Source: Octopus vulgaris (taxonomy: Eukaryota). From it: a stretch of DNA of 64,000 bases. Under the pieces are notes generated by a model. It saw only the letters and a list, made by a program, of their open reading frames with translations. It did no database searches and had not been told where the DNA came from. The stretch's first letter is position 1. Each line of letters begins with the position of its first letter. The translations under genes were made by a program, and so were the position numbers. Of the stretch, positions 25,669 through 38,795 are shown piece by piece. Location of the stretch: NCBI GenBank assembly GCA_951406725.2, contig OX597817.1:69378001-69442000 (forward strand), in the 5' to 3' direction.

Positions 25669-25698
25669 TTGTATGTATGTATGTATGTACGTATATAT

Positions 25699-25740
<42 letters not shown>

Positions 25741-25934
25741 ATATATATTTATGTATGTTTGTGTGTATGTGTGTATGCAAGAAAGTGTACTCATGTAAAT
25801 GCATATATGAATATGCATAATTCAGATGCTTAGAAGCACAACAAAGAGAAATAAATTGAAGGTGAAAAAAGTAGTCAAGAGCGTCATGAAATATTCATAT
25901 ACATCTATCTACCTATTAACCCATCTACACACAA

Positions 25935-25971
<37 letters not shown>

Positions 25972-28296
25972 GCATGCATGTATGTATATATATATATATA
26001 TAAGAATTATTCCATAAAACTGGTCTCTATACACAATTCATCAATTAGGCAGATTTGTAGCGGAAACAAAACAATGGACTGCATTTATGTTGGTATCGCT
26101 TCCTTTTATCAGAATGGAATCCATAAAAACCATTAATAGGAAGTGAGACCTATGTCAAAAGGCAATTTGGGAATAAAGAAATGGAACAGCTGTAAAAGGA
26201 TAATGACCAGCATAAATATTTTTGCCTATGATCTAATAACTTCATGAGTAAATTGTTTAGCAGCAAACACATACTCCTAACTCTTAATCACTTGGTCTAC
26301 ACAAAGTATTGCCAAGCTTCCTATGTAAGACACTTGTCTTCCTCATACAGTGTATAATCAGTTCCTCTCTCTCTCTTTCTCTGTATATATATATATAAAG
26401 GGAGAGAGTGAGAGAGAGAGAGAGCAATTTAAAAAACAAAAAGTGAAAGTACAGCACAGGCGGGACAAGTTTTAACAAATGTTGTATTAGACAATGCGTG
26501 TAAAAGGGAAAGTGACTCGCATGTTTTGGGCACAAGTCCTTCATCAGAAGGAAAGTATAGAAAAAAGTAAAGGCAAGAGGAATGTGGGGGAGAGGATGAT
26601 GGGTCTACATGTAGGGGTATGGGTGTTGGATGCTGTAATACAGTAGAAAGTTATGAACAAGCAAGGAGCAAGAGAGTACATTACAAAGCTGGTGCAAAAC
26701 AATTTTTAGTTCTATGAGAGAAAAAAGTTTGTGAGGCGTGATGAGGGGCAAAAGGAATGCAATAGAAGTGAACATTAGGTGAACAAATAGAAAGAAGAAA
26801 GGAAAGAAGAAAAATGGAAACAAAAATGAGGAAAACAAATGAAAAATGAACAAGATAGTTTAGAAGGAAAAATGAGAGAAAGAAAATTAAAATAATTAGG
26901 GAAATATCGGAGTAAAATTATTATGAAAAATTACAATACATTATTGATAAAGAATAAATAAATAAAGCACTATAGTAAATATGGCTAGCACTAACCGTAA
27001 AAGCCAATTTACAAATTTACGATGAATTAACACCCTAAAATGGTCAAAACAAAACCTTGTTGATAACAGATACTTATCATTCACCCTCTGTAATCAATTT
27101 ATAAAATAAAGTAAACATTCCATTCAGGCTAGTCAAAAACAATAGATGAACCCCCATCAGAACACAAGATCACAATAGATGACAACACTGAAATGTTAAG
27201 TTAAGCTCAAAACAAAAAACACATAAAAACAACACAGACATCCTCTCATCAGCTGCCTATTAGAATTCTTTACTGTTTTGACACTTGGGCAGGACAATTC
27301 ATACCTTTCAATCTGCCGTTCCTAACAATGTAAAAATATAAATGATGCATGAGAATAACAGGCTTGAAGCAGAGGTCAAACATAAGGTCATTATGTTGAC
27401 ACCTAACTAAGTTACTAAACACAAATAAAATCACGCAAAAAGGGTGGGACTTTATTGCTTAATGAACTATGAAAAAGTTAAAACAAAATACACCATCAAA
27501 GAGTTGTAGCCATTAAAAATATAAATTAAATAAAATAAATAACCAAAACAGAAATTCGCACTTAATGTACTATAAAACATAAAAGCAAACTAAACATAAC
27601 TAATATGTGCATCAGTGTGTGTGTGCATAAATATAAACACACACACACACAAATATATATATACAGGCATATTATATATATATATATATATAGTGAGAGA
27701 GAGGAGGATGCACAAATACACTAGTGTGGGGATGGGTAGGGATGTATGTATGTATGTATGCATGTATTTGCTTAGTCAGAAGTGGATGGGTGAGCCTACA
27801 ATCATTTACAGGGTCTCCAAGACTGATGTGAATAATTTATTCTAAGACAGAAAACTTGGTCTAAATACTTGTGACAAAGTGGATCCACTAATGACAATAA
27901 TGATGTAAACAAAAATATGTCTTCCAAACCTCCAAATAGTTTTTAAGAATCCATGCTTAGTTTCAAATTTCATGGTTTTAAGCAGATAAGAACAGTAAAT
28001 CTCTCTTAGAATGCACATGAACATGGTACTTATTTTTGACAGTTGAGGTACATAAAATTTATGTGTACAGTTAAGACTACATTAGAATGTACAATGTTCA
28101 CATCTTTAATAATGGTGATCAGATGGTTTATATTTTGATTTATTGGTTCCTCAAATTACTACATGATTCAAATCTTGATCAGCTGGTTAACACATGAAGC
28201 GCTTATATGGAAAGACTCCAACTCTATAATACAGTAAGCCAAAACTGATTTCTAAAATTGAGAATGGAGTGAGCACACATGGAATTAAATTCACTA

Positions 28297-28710
28297 GGTT
28301 TCTTCTTTTACTTGCTGCAGTCACTGGGTTGTGGCCATGCTGGGACACCACACTGAAATGTTTTAGTCAAGCAAATCAACATCAGTATTGGGTTTTTTTT
28401 TTAAAGTCTGGTACTTATTCTATTGGTCTCTTTTGTCAAACTACTAAATTATGGGGACGTAAACAAACGTACACTAGCAGTGAAACAGTGAAAGTGACAG
28501 ACAGAAATACAAAGATATATATGTATTCATTTATATCTATTTATGCTAGGCTTCTTTCAGTTTCTGCCTAACAAATCCTCACACAAGGCTTTGGTCAGCC
28601 TGGAGTTACAGCAGAAGACACTTGACCAAGGTGCCACACAATGGGACTGAACTTAAAACCTAAAACCATGTGGTTGGGAAGCAAACTTCTTACCACACAG
28701 CCATGCCTGT
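28297..28710 (-). mobile_element. CORE-like SINE family A, full length
   Basis: Reverse complement of head CTTACCACACAGCCA, core GAAGACACTTGACCAAGGTGCC and tail. Confidence 0.85.
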
Positions 28711-28744
28711 GTTTTTTTTTTTAATTTTTTTCTAAGGGCCTACA

Positions 28745-29085
28745 TTGTTGAGATATTGCAAATAGTATTTGAACATGCTGAAAGAGTTTGGTTTGATTCT
28801 CTAAAATGTGAAAAAAATTACAAATCTAAGTGAAATGTTGAAAATAGTATTTTAAACAAGCTTAAAATTTGGTAAAATGTGAAAAAAACATTGAATAAGA
28901 TTTTGTAATAGTATTTAAACAATTTGAAAGTTTGTTCTTAAATGTGAAAAACAAATCTGAGATGTTGAAATAGCATTTGAGCAAGTTGAAAATTTGCTTT
29001 GATGCTCTTAAACATGAAAAAAAAAAATTCTTTTAATTCTAGTATTTGAACAAGCTAAAAGTTTGATTTGATTATCTTAGATGCG
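28745..29085. repeat. Degenerate minisatellite, about 5 units of 60-80 bp
   Basis: Recurring TAGTATTTRAACAAG...AAATGTGAAAAA blocks. Confidence 0.7.
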
Positions 29086-29413
29086 TTTAAGATTGTTGTA
29101 TATAATGCGAGTGTGGCAGTCATCAGCAACATTGTTTTAGTGTCCATTTTTCCATGCTTGCCTGAGTCGGATGGGTTTTCATTGAAGTAGATTTTCAACA
29201 GTTAGGTGCCCTTCCTGTTGCCGACCCACACCTGTTCGTAAGTAAGGTATTTATTTATCCGTGGCTTGACATATATTCACAGAAGATTGGAATTGAATGG
29301 CATCACTTGTATGAAGGCAACAATAATTCACAATTACAACATGATGTCAAGATAAAGATACACAAACACACACACATACACACAAATTTATAAAGTGACT
29401 GACAGACATACAG

Positions 29414-29448
<35 letters not shown>

Positions 29449-29549
29449 TTATACACACATATACACACAAGTGGGTGAACAAGTGAAAGAATGTACAATT
29501 CAGTACATTTGGTTGGAGTTATATGCTATAAAAACAGTTTGATTCAGGA

Positions 29550-30400
29550 AATTGCCTATATTTATAAACACCCCAACTACCCAATAACTGTAGTCAAAGG
29601 GATTGGCAGAAGAAGTTCCAGCCAATCAGCAGATAGAGAGAACTTCAACAGAGTCCCATCCCATTATAACAAAGTATCAGTGAGGAATGATTTCCCAACA
29701 AGTTTGTGAACACAGAAGATCCTTCCCCCACCATCTAACCCAAAGAGAGTTAGAAAGATAAAGGTAATCTGGTTTAATCCTCCATGCAATCAAAATTATT
29801 TATCAAAATCCCATAAATATCAAACTTTTAAATTCCATTAATGTCACTTCCAACATTGCATGCTACAACAGATGCAAACATGCAGCCACACAGTCTTCAC
29901 CCTACACCCAAATCAGGGATTACTGAAATCACATCAACTGCCAGCTGGGAGGATCCTGCCACAAAAAATCTGGTGTCTATAAAATCATCCTCACACCATC
30001 CAGTCATACCATCAGAAACTAGAGGATAGGGATATGACAGTCAATAAGTTTAAGGAAAGATGCATGCAACATATGCACTCCTTCAGGTGTAGAGAGAGGG
30101 GAAAACTCCACCTCTTTGTTTCAATTCACTACAAGAATATGGATCATTTAAACAGCTTTGCCAACATCACACACAGTATCATTAATCAGAACCCACCTTA
30201 TTCAAAGTGAACTTGTAATTGTCAATTCTGGCTTTATGAGAATCTGCACATACTCCAACAGCATACAATATCCTTCAATAAAAAAAGTGACCTGTCTTAT
30301 TTTTTCCACCAGAGGCACACTTCAAATCATTGGCCACTGATAATCTGGATACACTTTTCTAGGTCTGGTTAGCTCACACACAATAGCAGGTATATAAATC
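29550..30400 (+). pseudogene. Highly decayed Penelope-like element (thumb to GIY-YIG)
   Basis: YIYKHPNYP...RRSSSQSADRENFNR; KVIWFNPP at 29761-29784; NKFKERCMQHMHSFR resembles the GIY-YIG FKxRxxxHxxSF motif. Confidence 0.7.
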
Positions 30401-30864
30401 TTGCTGCCTAGAGAGATTAAAGCCTACTATAAAACATGTCCTCATGCAAACTCATGTAACTTGGCACCAACACTTCAATTACCTTCCCATTTGATAACTA
30501 CTGTCACTGAAATACCACACAGCAGAATGGTGGTTAATTAATACCAATAGCTTGCCTGCTCTACTATGTGCTGTATTCAATCTAAATCAGTAATAGCACT
30601 AAAATATCACCTCCTTATAAATGCTAATAAAGTGACATCGACATCCTGTCTACTGCAACACATACTACTATCAATAACATAACTGATATCACTATGATAA
30701 TGAAAGCAACTAGACTGATCTGAGTTGAACAATGGTAGCCAAAACACTCTCATCTAGAAAACATTTTAGATTTCTAATAAATTCTCTCTCATCTCCAAGC
30801 ATCAGATAATGTGGATGTGTCCTAATGCCCAAGAAACTTCAAGTAATGTAGCGTTGAGTTAGAC

Positions 30865-30922
<58 letters not shown>

Positions 30923-31271
30923 TGAAAGTATAACAGGAATCAAGGTGCTCTTATTTCATATATTTCAATTCTATTATGATTGATATTTCAATGCACTGTC
31001 TGATGATATGTTCTACAATTGATCTAATCAAATATAATTTCTAATTATCCATTGATCTTTGTTATCAGTCACTGAAACAATTACAATGGAAATGAAACAA
31101 ATGAAACACCAGTAACTTACTACCTATTATTCTCTTATACAATGTATGCTTTTCATACTCTATAACAGCCCTGTATTATATGCATGTTCTGCTATCAGAT
31201 AATGTAGCAGCTAGACTTTAATGCAGATACTATTCAGAGCTGCAACCTTATATGATAATTTGTCACCCACC

Positions 31272-31307
<36 letters not shown>

Positions 31308-32929
31308 TGCACACAAACACACACATGCACACAAATACATATACACTTCACCTTCTTCTTTTCTCTCTCTCTCTCTCCTTTCCAACTGGAAGTAACCATG
31401 TATCTCATCTCCACACAACACCTGTTTCTGTCCTATTATACTCTAACCTCTGATCACTAGGTACAAAGCCACTTCCCTCTATGCCACTCCCCACTCATTT
31501 GCAGGGTATTGTCTCGATGACCTTGCTGGTGCTGGTGCCTTGGAAGTAAAACTTCTCTGTAAAATGGTTGGTGTTAGAATCTATACCAAAACAGACAGTA
31601 ATACTCAGCAAAGTCTTCTGGCTCGCCAGCTTTTGTCAAGCCATGCAATCCATGCCAGCATGGAAAGCAGATGTTAAATAATATCAATGATGATTTTAAT
31701 GAAGATGATAACGATGATGGCGATGATGATGATACCCAAAGCCTGGAGACTAACAACAAAGTAAAAGACAGAATAACATTAAATCGTAAAATGTCCACTT
31801 GTCATAAACAAGCTGCCAGTTATATTTCAGAGACAATGAAACAAACTTCACCAAAGCACAAAATAGCACCCCCCCGGTTACTTATTAAGTTTTCACATAC
31901 CAGACATACCTGGGTATATTTTTGTTTTTACATTTATTTTATTTTATTGTGTTTTTTTTTTGTTATTCATTTACTTTTCATTTTCTTCTCCAGACATTCT
32001 TCTAACAAAATAGCCTTCTCACATTGAATGCGTATCTACTTTAATTCATTTATCAACCAACAGGAAAAGTGGAAGTGTCAAATCAAAGAGACAGACGGAC
32101 AGCCAATAATATATTAGATTAGCAAACGATTTTGAAGAAGAATATGATATGGAAGGAACACACTTCTCCAATACTTCCTGATATGAAAAAGACAAAAAAT
32201 CTCATTACAAGCAAGTTGGTACTTCTAGGCATTGCTTCTGTTGTAAAATCACAATACTTATACTTAACCATTAGTCTACTTTGTCTCTCCTCTTCTCCTC
32301 CTCTCCTTTCTTTCATTCTAAGTGTCTATCCAACTGGCTATCTCTCTTTCTCTCTCTCTCTCTCTGTATTTTTCTCTGTCTCTCAACAATATATAGTTAG
32401 ATTAACTAAACAAACAGATACAATAAGGAAACAAAAACAGACAGAACCTTTGAACATAAAATGAAAGAAAAATAATAAAAATGAAATAAAATAAAATAAA
32501 ATAAAATAAATAGTGCAGTAAACAGGTGCAGGAAATTGGTTCTTTCGAAATAATCTGGTTGCATGTGGCACTTGGACAATGAATTTTCTATTTCCAGCAC
32601 ACACAAACACACACACACGCTTTTTTACTTTAGTAAATAAGTCAAAGCTAAACTTTCAGAACAATAAAATGGTCATAAACAGGGAAAAATAAGCCATTGA
32701 GCGGGAATGTTACCTGACATGTAATGGGAAATATATATGAGTGCGTTGTGTGTATATGAATGCAATTGAGTGTGTGTGGGGGGGGATGGGGTGTGGGCGG
32801 GGTGTGAAAGTAGTAGTTATGTCTGCTGAGATGGCACACATATATATAATTATTTCTGTGCGTTTCCTCTCACTCCCTCTCTCACACCTTCTCTCGATCT
32901 ACCTCTATATATGTGATTCTGTCCACAAA

Positions 32930-32932
32930 TTC

Positions 32933-33005
<73 letters not shown>

Positions 33006-33033
33006 TATATATATACACATATATATATATATC

Positions 33034-33074
<41 letters not shown>

Positions 33075-33308
33075 ATATACACACATATATGCATACATAT
33101 ATACATACATACATATATATCTGTATATATATATATATATGTATATATTTGTATATATGTATGTATATGTGTATATGTATATATGTATATATATATATAT
33201 ATCTATATATGTATATGTATATATATATATATGTATATATGTATATATATATATATGTGTGTGTGTGTATATATATATGCATATATATATGCATATATAT
33301 ATATATGC

Positions 33309-33399
<91 letters not shown>

Positions 33400-33505
33400 A
33401 GTATATATGTATATATATATGCATATGTATATATATATGTATATATATATGTGTGTGTGTGTGTATATATATGTGTGTGTGTATATATATATAGGCATAT
33501 ATAAA
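32930..33505. repeat. Long compound (TA)n/(TATG)n microsatellite
   Basis: About 570 bp of near-continuous alternating purine-pyrimidine repeat. Confidence 0.95.
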
Positions 33506-33759
33506 TAATCATCTCTCACTCAATCTCTCTATCTCTCCTTCTCTCTCACACACACACCTCTAACACAAACAAACAGACTCAGACAGAGCTCTAAATGCCT
33601 ATTCCTTTTCTCATGTAAAAGAAATAGAAGAAACGTAATTCTCATGATTGTTACATGTATTCTACAGTGAACTAGAAAAAATCTACACTAATATGTATTT
33701 CCTTCTGTGCCACTCCATAAAGTATATTACACCTAGTTGAAAAGTTAGGATTATAATTA

Positions 33760-34494
33760 AGATTGGTTTAAAATTTTGGCACAAGGTCTGCAATTTAATA
33801 GGATGTAGTAAGTCGATTACATCAACCACTGTGCTCAGCTGGTACTTATCAAATTGACCCCAAAAGGGTGAAAGTCAAAGACAACCTAAGTGGAACTTGA
33901 ACTGAGTACATGAAGATGGATGAAATACCTATTTCTTTACTACCCACAAGGGGCTAAACACAGAGAGGACAAATGGATTAAGTCGATTGTATCTACCCCA
34001 GTGCGTAACTGGTACTTATTTAATTGACCCCGAAAGGATGAAAGGCAAAGTCAACCTCGGCGGAATTTGAACTCAGAACGTAAAAACAGATGAAATACCT
34101 ATTTCTTTACTACCCACAAGGGGCTAAACACAGAGAGGACAAACGGATTAAGTTGATTGTATCTACCCCAGTGCGTAACTGGTACTTATTTAATCGACCC
34201 CGAAAGGATGAAAGGCAAAGTCAACCTCGGCGGAATTTGAACTCAGAATGTAAAAACAGATGAAATACCTATTTCTTTACTACCCACAAGGGGCTAAACA
34301 CAGAGAGGACAAACGGATTAAGTCAATTATATCGACCCCAGTGCATAACTGGTACTTATTTAATTGACCCCGAAAGGATGAAAGGCAAAGTCGACCTCGG
34401 TGGAATTTGAACTCAGAATGTAGAGGCAGATGAAACACCGCTAAGCATTTCGCTCGGCGTACTAACGATTCTACCAGCTCGCCAACTTTGTGAC
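33760..34494 (-). mobile_element. Head-to-tail array of Meta/MESC-like SINEs, 170-bp period
   Basis: TGAAATACCTATTTCTTTACTACCCACAAG at 33921, 34091 and 34261. Only the last unit keeps the tRNA-like head. An older copy lies at 33760-33920, with more copies at 34500-34720 (-) and 34748-34965 (+). Confidence 0.9.
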
Positions 34495-35302
34495 ATAAAT
34501 AATATTGGTTTCAAATTTTGGCAGAAGGTCAGCAATTTCTGGGAGTGGGTTAAGTTGATTTCATTGCCTTCAGTGCCCAACTGGAACTTATTTTATCGAC
34601 CCCAAAAGGATGAAAGGCAAAGTCCACTTCTGTGGAATTTGAACTTGGAAAGTAAGGATGGACAAAATGCCACTGAGCGTTTTACCTAGTGCAGTAATGA
34701 TTCTGTCAGCTCACTGCCTTAATACCATAATTAATATTAATCATTGTTAAGGTGGCAAGGTGGCAGAACTGTTACCATGCCAGACAAATATGCTTAGCAC
34801 CATTTCTTCAGATTTTATCTTCTGAGGTCAAATGATGATGGAGTTGAGTTTGCTTTTCATCCTTTCAAGGTCAATAAAATAAGTACCAGTTGAACACATC
34901 AATGAATGCAATCAACTTGACCGCAATCCAAAATTGCTGGCCTTGAGCCAAAATTTGAAAATGATGTTAACCATCATTTTAATATATTCTAAACACAGTT
35001 TGAAAGTGAGTGACTCAGTTGTTAGGATGAAGCATTCACAATCATATTTTGATTACATGAAGCATATGCAAGAAGTGTTATAATGCATGGTAGGGAGTTG
35101 TGGGCCTTGAATGCAAAAGAAATGGAGATGTTAATGTGAAATATGTTAAGAAAGATCCACCGGATTTGAAATGTTGATTTGATGTGAATGAATGGTGAAA
35201 TATAACTGTGTCATGAAAAGGGAATAAAGGCTGGGTGGGAAAAATCTAATACATGCTTGGTTAATCAATTTGCTAGATATAGGTCAATTAGTTTGCTAGA
35301 TA

Positions 35303-35752
35303 TAGGTGTAGGTGTGGCTGTGTGGTAAGAAATTTGGTTCCCAGCCACATGGTTCTGGATTCAGTTGCACTGCATGACACATTGGGTAAATGTCTTCTAC
35401 TATAGACAAAGACTTGTGAGTGGATTTGGTAGACAGAAATCAAAAGAAGCCCAGCGTAGTATATGTGTGTGGGGGGGGGTCTATGTGTGTGGTGTGTGTG
35501 TGGGGGGGTCTATGTGTGTGGTGTGTGTGTGTGTGTTTCTTTGTGTTTATGTCTGTCCTTTAACACTGCTTGACAACCATTGTTGGTTCAAATATGTTCC
35601 TGTAACTTAGGGGCTCAGCAAAAGAGACCAATAAAATAAGTACCAGGCTTAAAACAAAGTCCTGGAGTTGATTTGTTCGAATAAAATCCCTTCAAAGTGG
35701 TGCTCCAGCATGGCTGCAGTCAAATCACTGAAACAAGTAAAAGATAAAAGAT
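35303..35752 (+). mobile_element. CORE-like SINE family A
   Basis: GTGGCTGTGTGGTAAG head to GTAAAAGATAAAAGAT tail. Confidence 0.85.
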
Positions 35753-36135
35753 AGCAATCATACATATTTTGATGTACCATTTCTTACTGCTCCCCCTCTG
35801 GCATAATACCATTGTTTGCCAAAAAGCACATGTAAGAGCTGTTATTTAGCAGAAGTTCACCAAAACAGAGACTTATAGCCAGGATGTATATAGGGATCAA
35901 AGAAGCAGTAAGCTGCAACCCATGGTATGGTTTCTTTGTCTGATCCCTCACTCCTACAAGTCACAAAGATGCTCCAGATATCATGTGCACTACCCTAACT
36001 CCTTTCACTGAGTCAATGGTTTGTAATGTTTTGGTTACTTTGTCGCCCTCTATTTCTATTCTTAAGGTGCTTAGCATCCTTTTGTGTAAATACTGAATAT
36101 TAACAAAGAAATGGTCAGAGAAAATTTTTTTTTAA

Positions 36136-37250
36136 GGTGTAGGAGTGGCTGTGTGCTAAGTAGCTTGCTTACCAACCACATGGTTCCGGGTTCAGTCCCA
36201 TTGCATGACACCTTGGACAAGTGTCTTCTACTATAGCCTCAGGCCGACAAAAGCCTTGTGAGTGGATTTGGTAGACGGAAACTGAAAGAAGCCCGTCGTA
36301 TATATGTTTATATATATATATATATATATATACAAGATAAGAAAATGGAGAAATACATCTAAATCAAATAACAATTACCAGATAATACTCAATCACATAC
36401 TTTATTAAACCACCACATAAGAGACTGTAGGGTTAAATATAAAAAAGCAGAACAAATCAGTGTACATAAAGGAATGTACATAAAAGAGTAATGTTGTATA
36501 ATAAGTAGAATATATAATGAGACATACTTATCTACATGGCCGAAACAGCTGTAAGATGTAATCTATACTTATATTTATATTTACTTATATTTATATTCTC
36601 TTTTATATATATTCTACTTATTATACAACATTACTCTTTTATGTACACTTTTTTATGTACATTCCTTTATGTACACTGATTTGTTCTGCTTTTTTATATT
36701 TAACCCTACAGTCTCTTATGTGGTGGTTTAATAAAGTATGTGATTGAGTATTATCTGGTAATTGTTATTTGATTTAGATGTATTTCTCCATTTTCTTATC
36801 TTGTATTAGTAATTTGTGGTAAATCATTTTACCTTTGCCCATATAATACAGTAAATGAATTGATTGCATCGCAATCATTAACATTTATGTATTAACTTTG
36901 TTGGGTACTTCACTAGCAGTATATTGGATATATGTTATCCCATGGAGGGTTGCATTTACAACCCCTATCTCAATTTGTATATATATATAAACATATATAC
37001 AACGGGCTTCTTTCAGTTATGTATATGTGTGTATGTTTGTGTGTCTGTGTTTGTCCCCATCCCTCAACATCGCTTGACATCCCATGCTGGTGTATCTACA
37101 TTCCCGTAACTTAGCAGTTCAGCAAAAGAGACCAGAAGAATAAGTATTAGGCTTACAAAGAATAAGACCTGGGGTCGATTTGCCCGACTAAAGGCGATGC
37201 TCCAGCATGGCCACAGTCAAATGACTGAAACAAGTAAAAGAGTAAAGAGA
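36136..37250 (+). mobile_element. Family A SINE split by a Penelope-like LTR foldback unit (36331-36980)
   Basis: SINE halves at 36136-36330 and 37019-37250. The insert has inverted arms at about 36331-36521 and 36597-36805 and a central CCGAAACAGCTGTA hammerhead 3' half. Confidence 0.85.
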
Positions 37251-37261
37251 ATTAGTTGTAT

Positions 37262-37670
37262 ATCTTGTATCTTTTACTTGTTTTGGTCATTTGAATATGG
37301 CTATAGTGGCTCATCGCCTTAAGAAATTTCAGTTGAATGAATCAAACCCACTGTTCTTTTTTTTTTCTTTTTAAGCCTGATACTAATCCTATCAGTCTCT
37401 TTCGCTGAATCACTGTTATGGAGGACATAAACACACAAACACCATTTCTCAAGCAGTGGTGGGAGACAAACACAGACACATGTACATATGCACACATACA
37501 CACACACATATGACCGTCTTCTTTCAGTTTCTACCCACAAAATTCTTTCACAGGTTTTGGTTAGTCTGAGATTATAGTAGAAGACAATTGTCCAAGGTGC
37601 CATGCAGTGGGACTGAACTCAAAACCATGTGGTTAGGAAGCAAACTTCTCACCACACAACCATGTTTGTG
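37262..37670 (-). mobile_element. CORE-like SINE family A, tail-to-tail with the previous copy
   Basis: Reverse complement of the family head, core and tail. Confidence 0.8.
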
Positions 37671-38290
37671 TCTATAAAACTTTATACAAATTCCACTTTC
37701 CCATTTCTAATTTGCTTTGCAATACTTTTCTATAAGGGAAACAATAGAAGCTCTTTAACAAAATATGAAAATAATATTTACTGGAAGGCAATCAAAATTA
37801 TAATTCCAGTATATTTATCACCTATGAGAAATAACCTACATTGATTAAAATGAATTTTCAGATTGTTGCACTTGTAACTTTGCCTTATCCAATTCCTCAT
37901 GGAAGGCAAATATAAGATGTTTCTGAGGCAGCTATAAAGAACTTATAGGTACACAATTTCTTTTAAAAATATAAAAATTGTTTTTTCTTTTAAGTATCTT
38001 TTGTATCTTTATATATCTTCTTAATTTTGATTTTGGTACACTAAGTTAATTTCTTATCTTCTTGAAAGTAGATATCTATCTCAAAGTGCTTTAGTGCAAA
38101 TGGATGCACACACATATATACACATATATATATATTAATTAATGTATATGTATTTGCGAGTGAAGATGCATGTACACTTAGATATCTAAATATTTCATAT
38201 AGAGAGAGAAGTGGGAGCCAAGAGAGAGAGCTTCGTTTGAATAAAATATAAATTGTTAGCAAAGTAAATATGCATTGTATGTATGTGTAT

Positions 38291-38323
<33 letters not shown>

Positions 38324-38446
38324 ACAGGTTGAGTCAAAGCGTTGTCTTGATTTTCAGCAATGACTTTTGGGAAGTTGTATCTCAAAGTTGTATCATTGGT
38401 TTCATACAATTTGTTGTTCAATTATTGTTGAATTGTATATTCTTTA

Positions 38447-38750
38447 TCATCATCATTTAACATCCGCTTTCCATGCTAGCATGGGTTGGACGATTTGATT
38501 GAGGACTGGTGAACCAGATGGCTGCACCAAGCTCCAATCTGGATGCTCTTCCTAAACTTGCTCGAATGTTTTTTCACGTGCGACCGGCACAAGTGCCAGT
38601 AAGGCGATGCTGGTAACGATCACACTCGAATTGTGCTTTTTATGTGCCACCTGCATGGAAGCCAATTAGCAGCTCTGGCAATGACCACACTCGGATGGTA
38701 CTCTAAGCGCTCCACTAGCATGGACACCAGTCATTGAATTTGATTTCGAT
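38447..38750 (-). mobile_element. RTE 3' UTR-derived repeat
   Basis: CATCATTTAACATCCGCTTTCCATGCTAGCATGGGTTGG. Confidence 0.75.
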
Positions 38751-38795
38751 TTACCATAACATTAACTGTTTATACTTTATTTAACAACTTTGATA

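Noticed and set aside
27150-27330. Minus-strand CTGATGA in a PLE-LTR-like region
   Set aside because: No downstream GAAA found; too decayed to call.
32741-33519. Long ORFs rich in YI/CV/HT repeats, here and throughout the ORF track
   Set aside because: Translations of dinucleotide and trinucleotide microsatellites that lack stop codons; not genes.
33921-34430. Regularly spaced repeats resembling a CRISPR array
   Set aside because: Whole 170-bp units repeat with no unique spacers; SINE sequence in a eukaryotic context.
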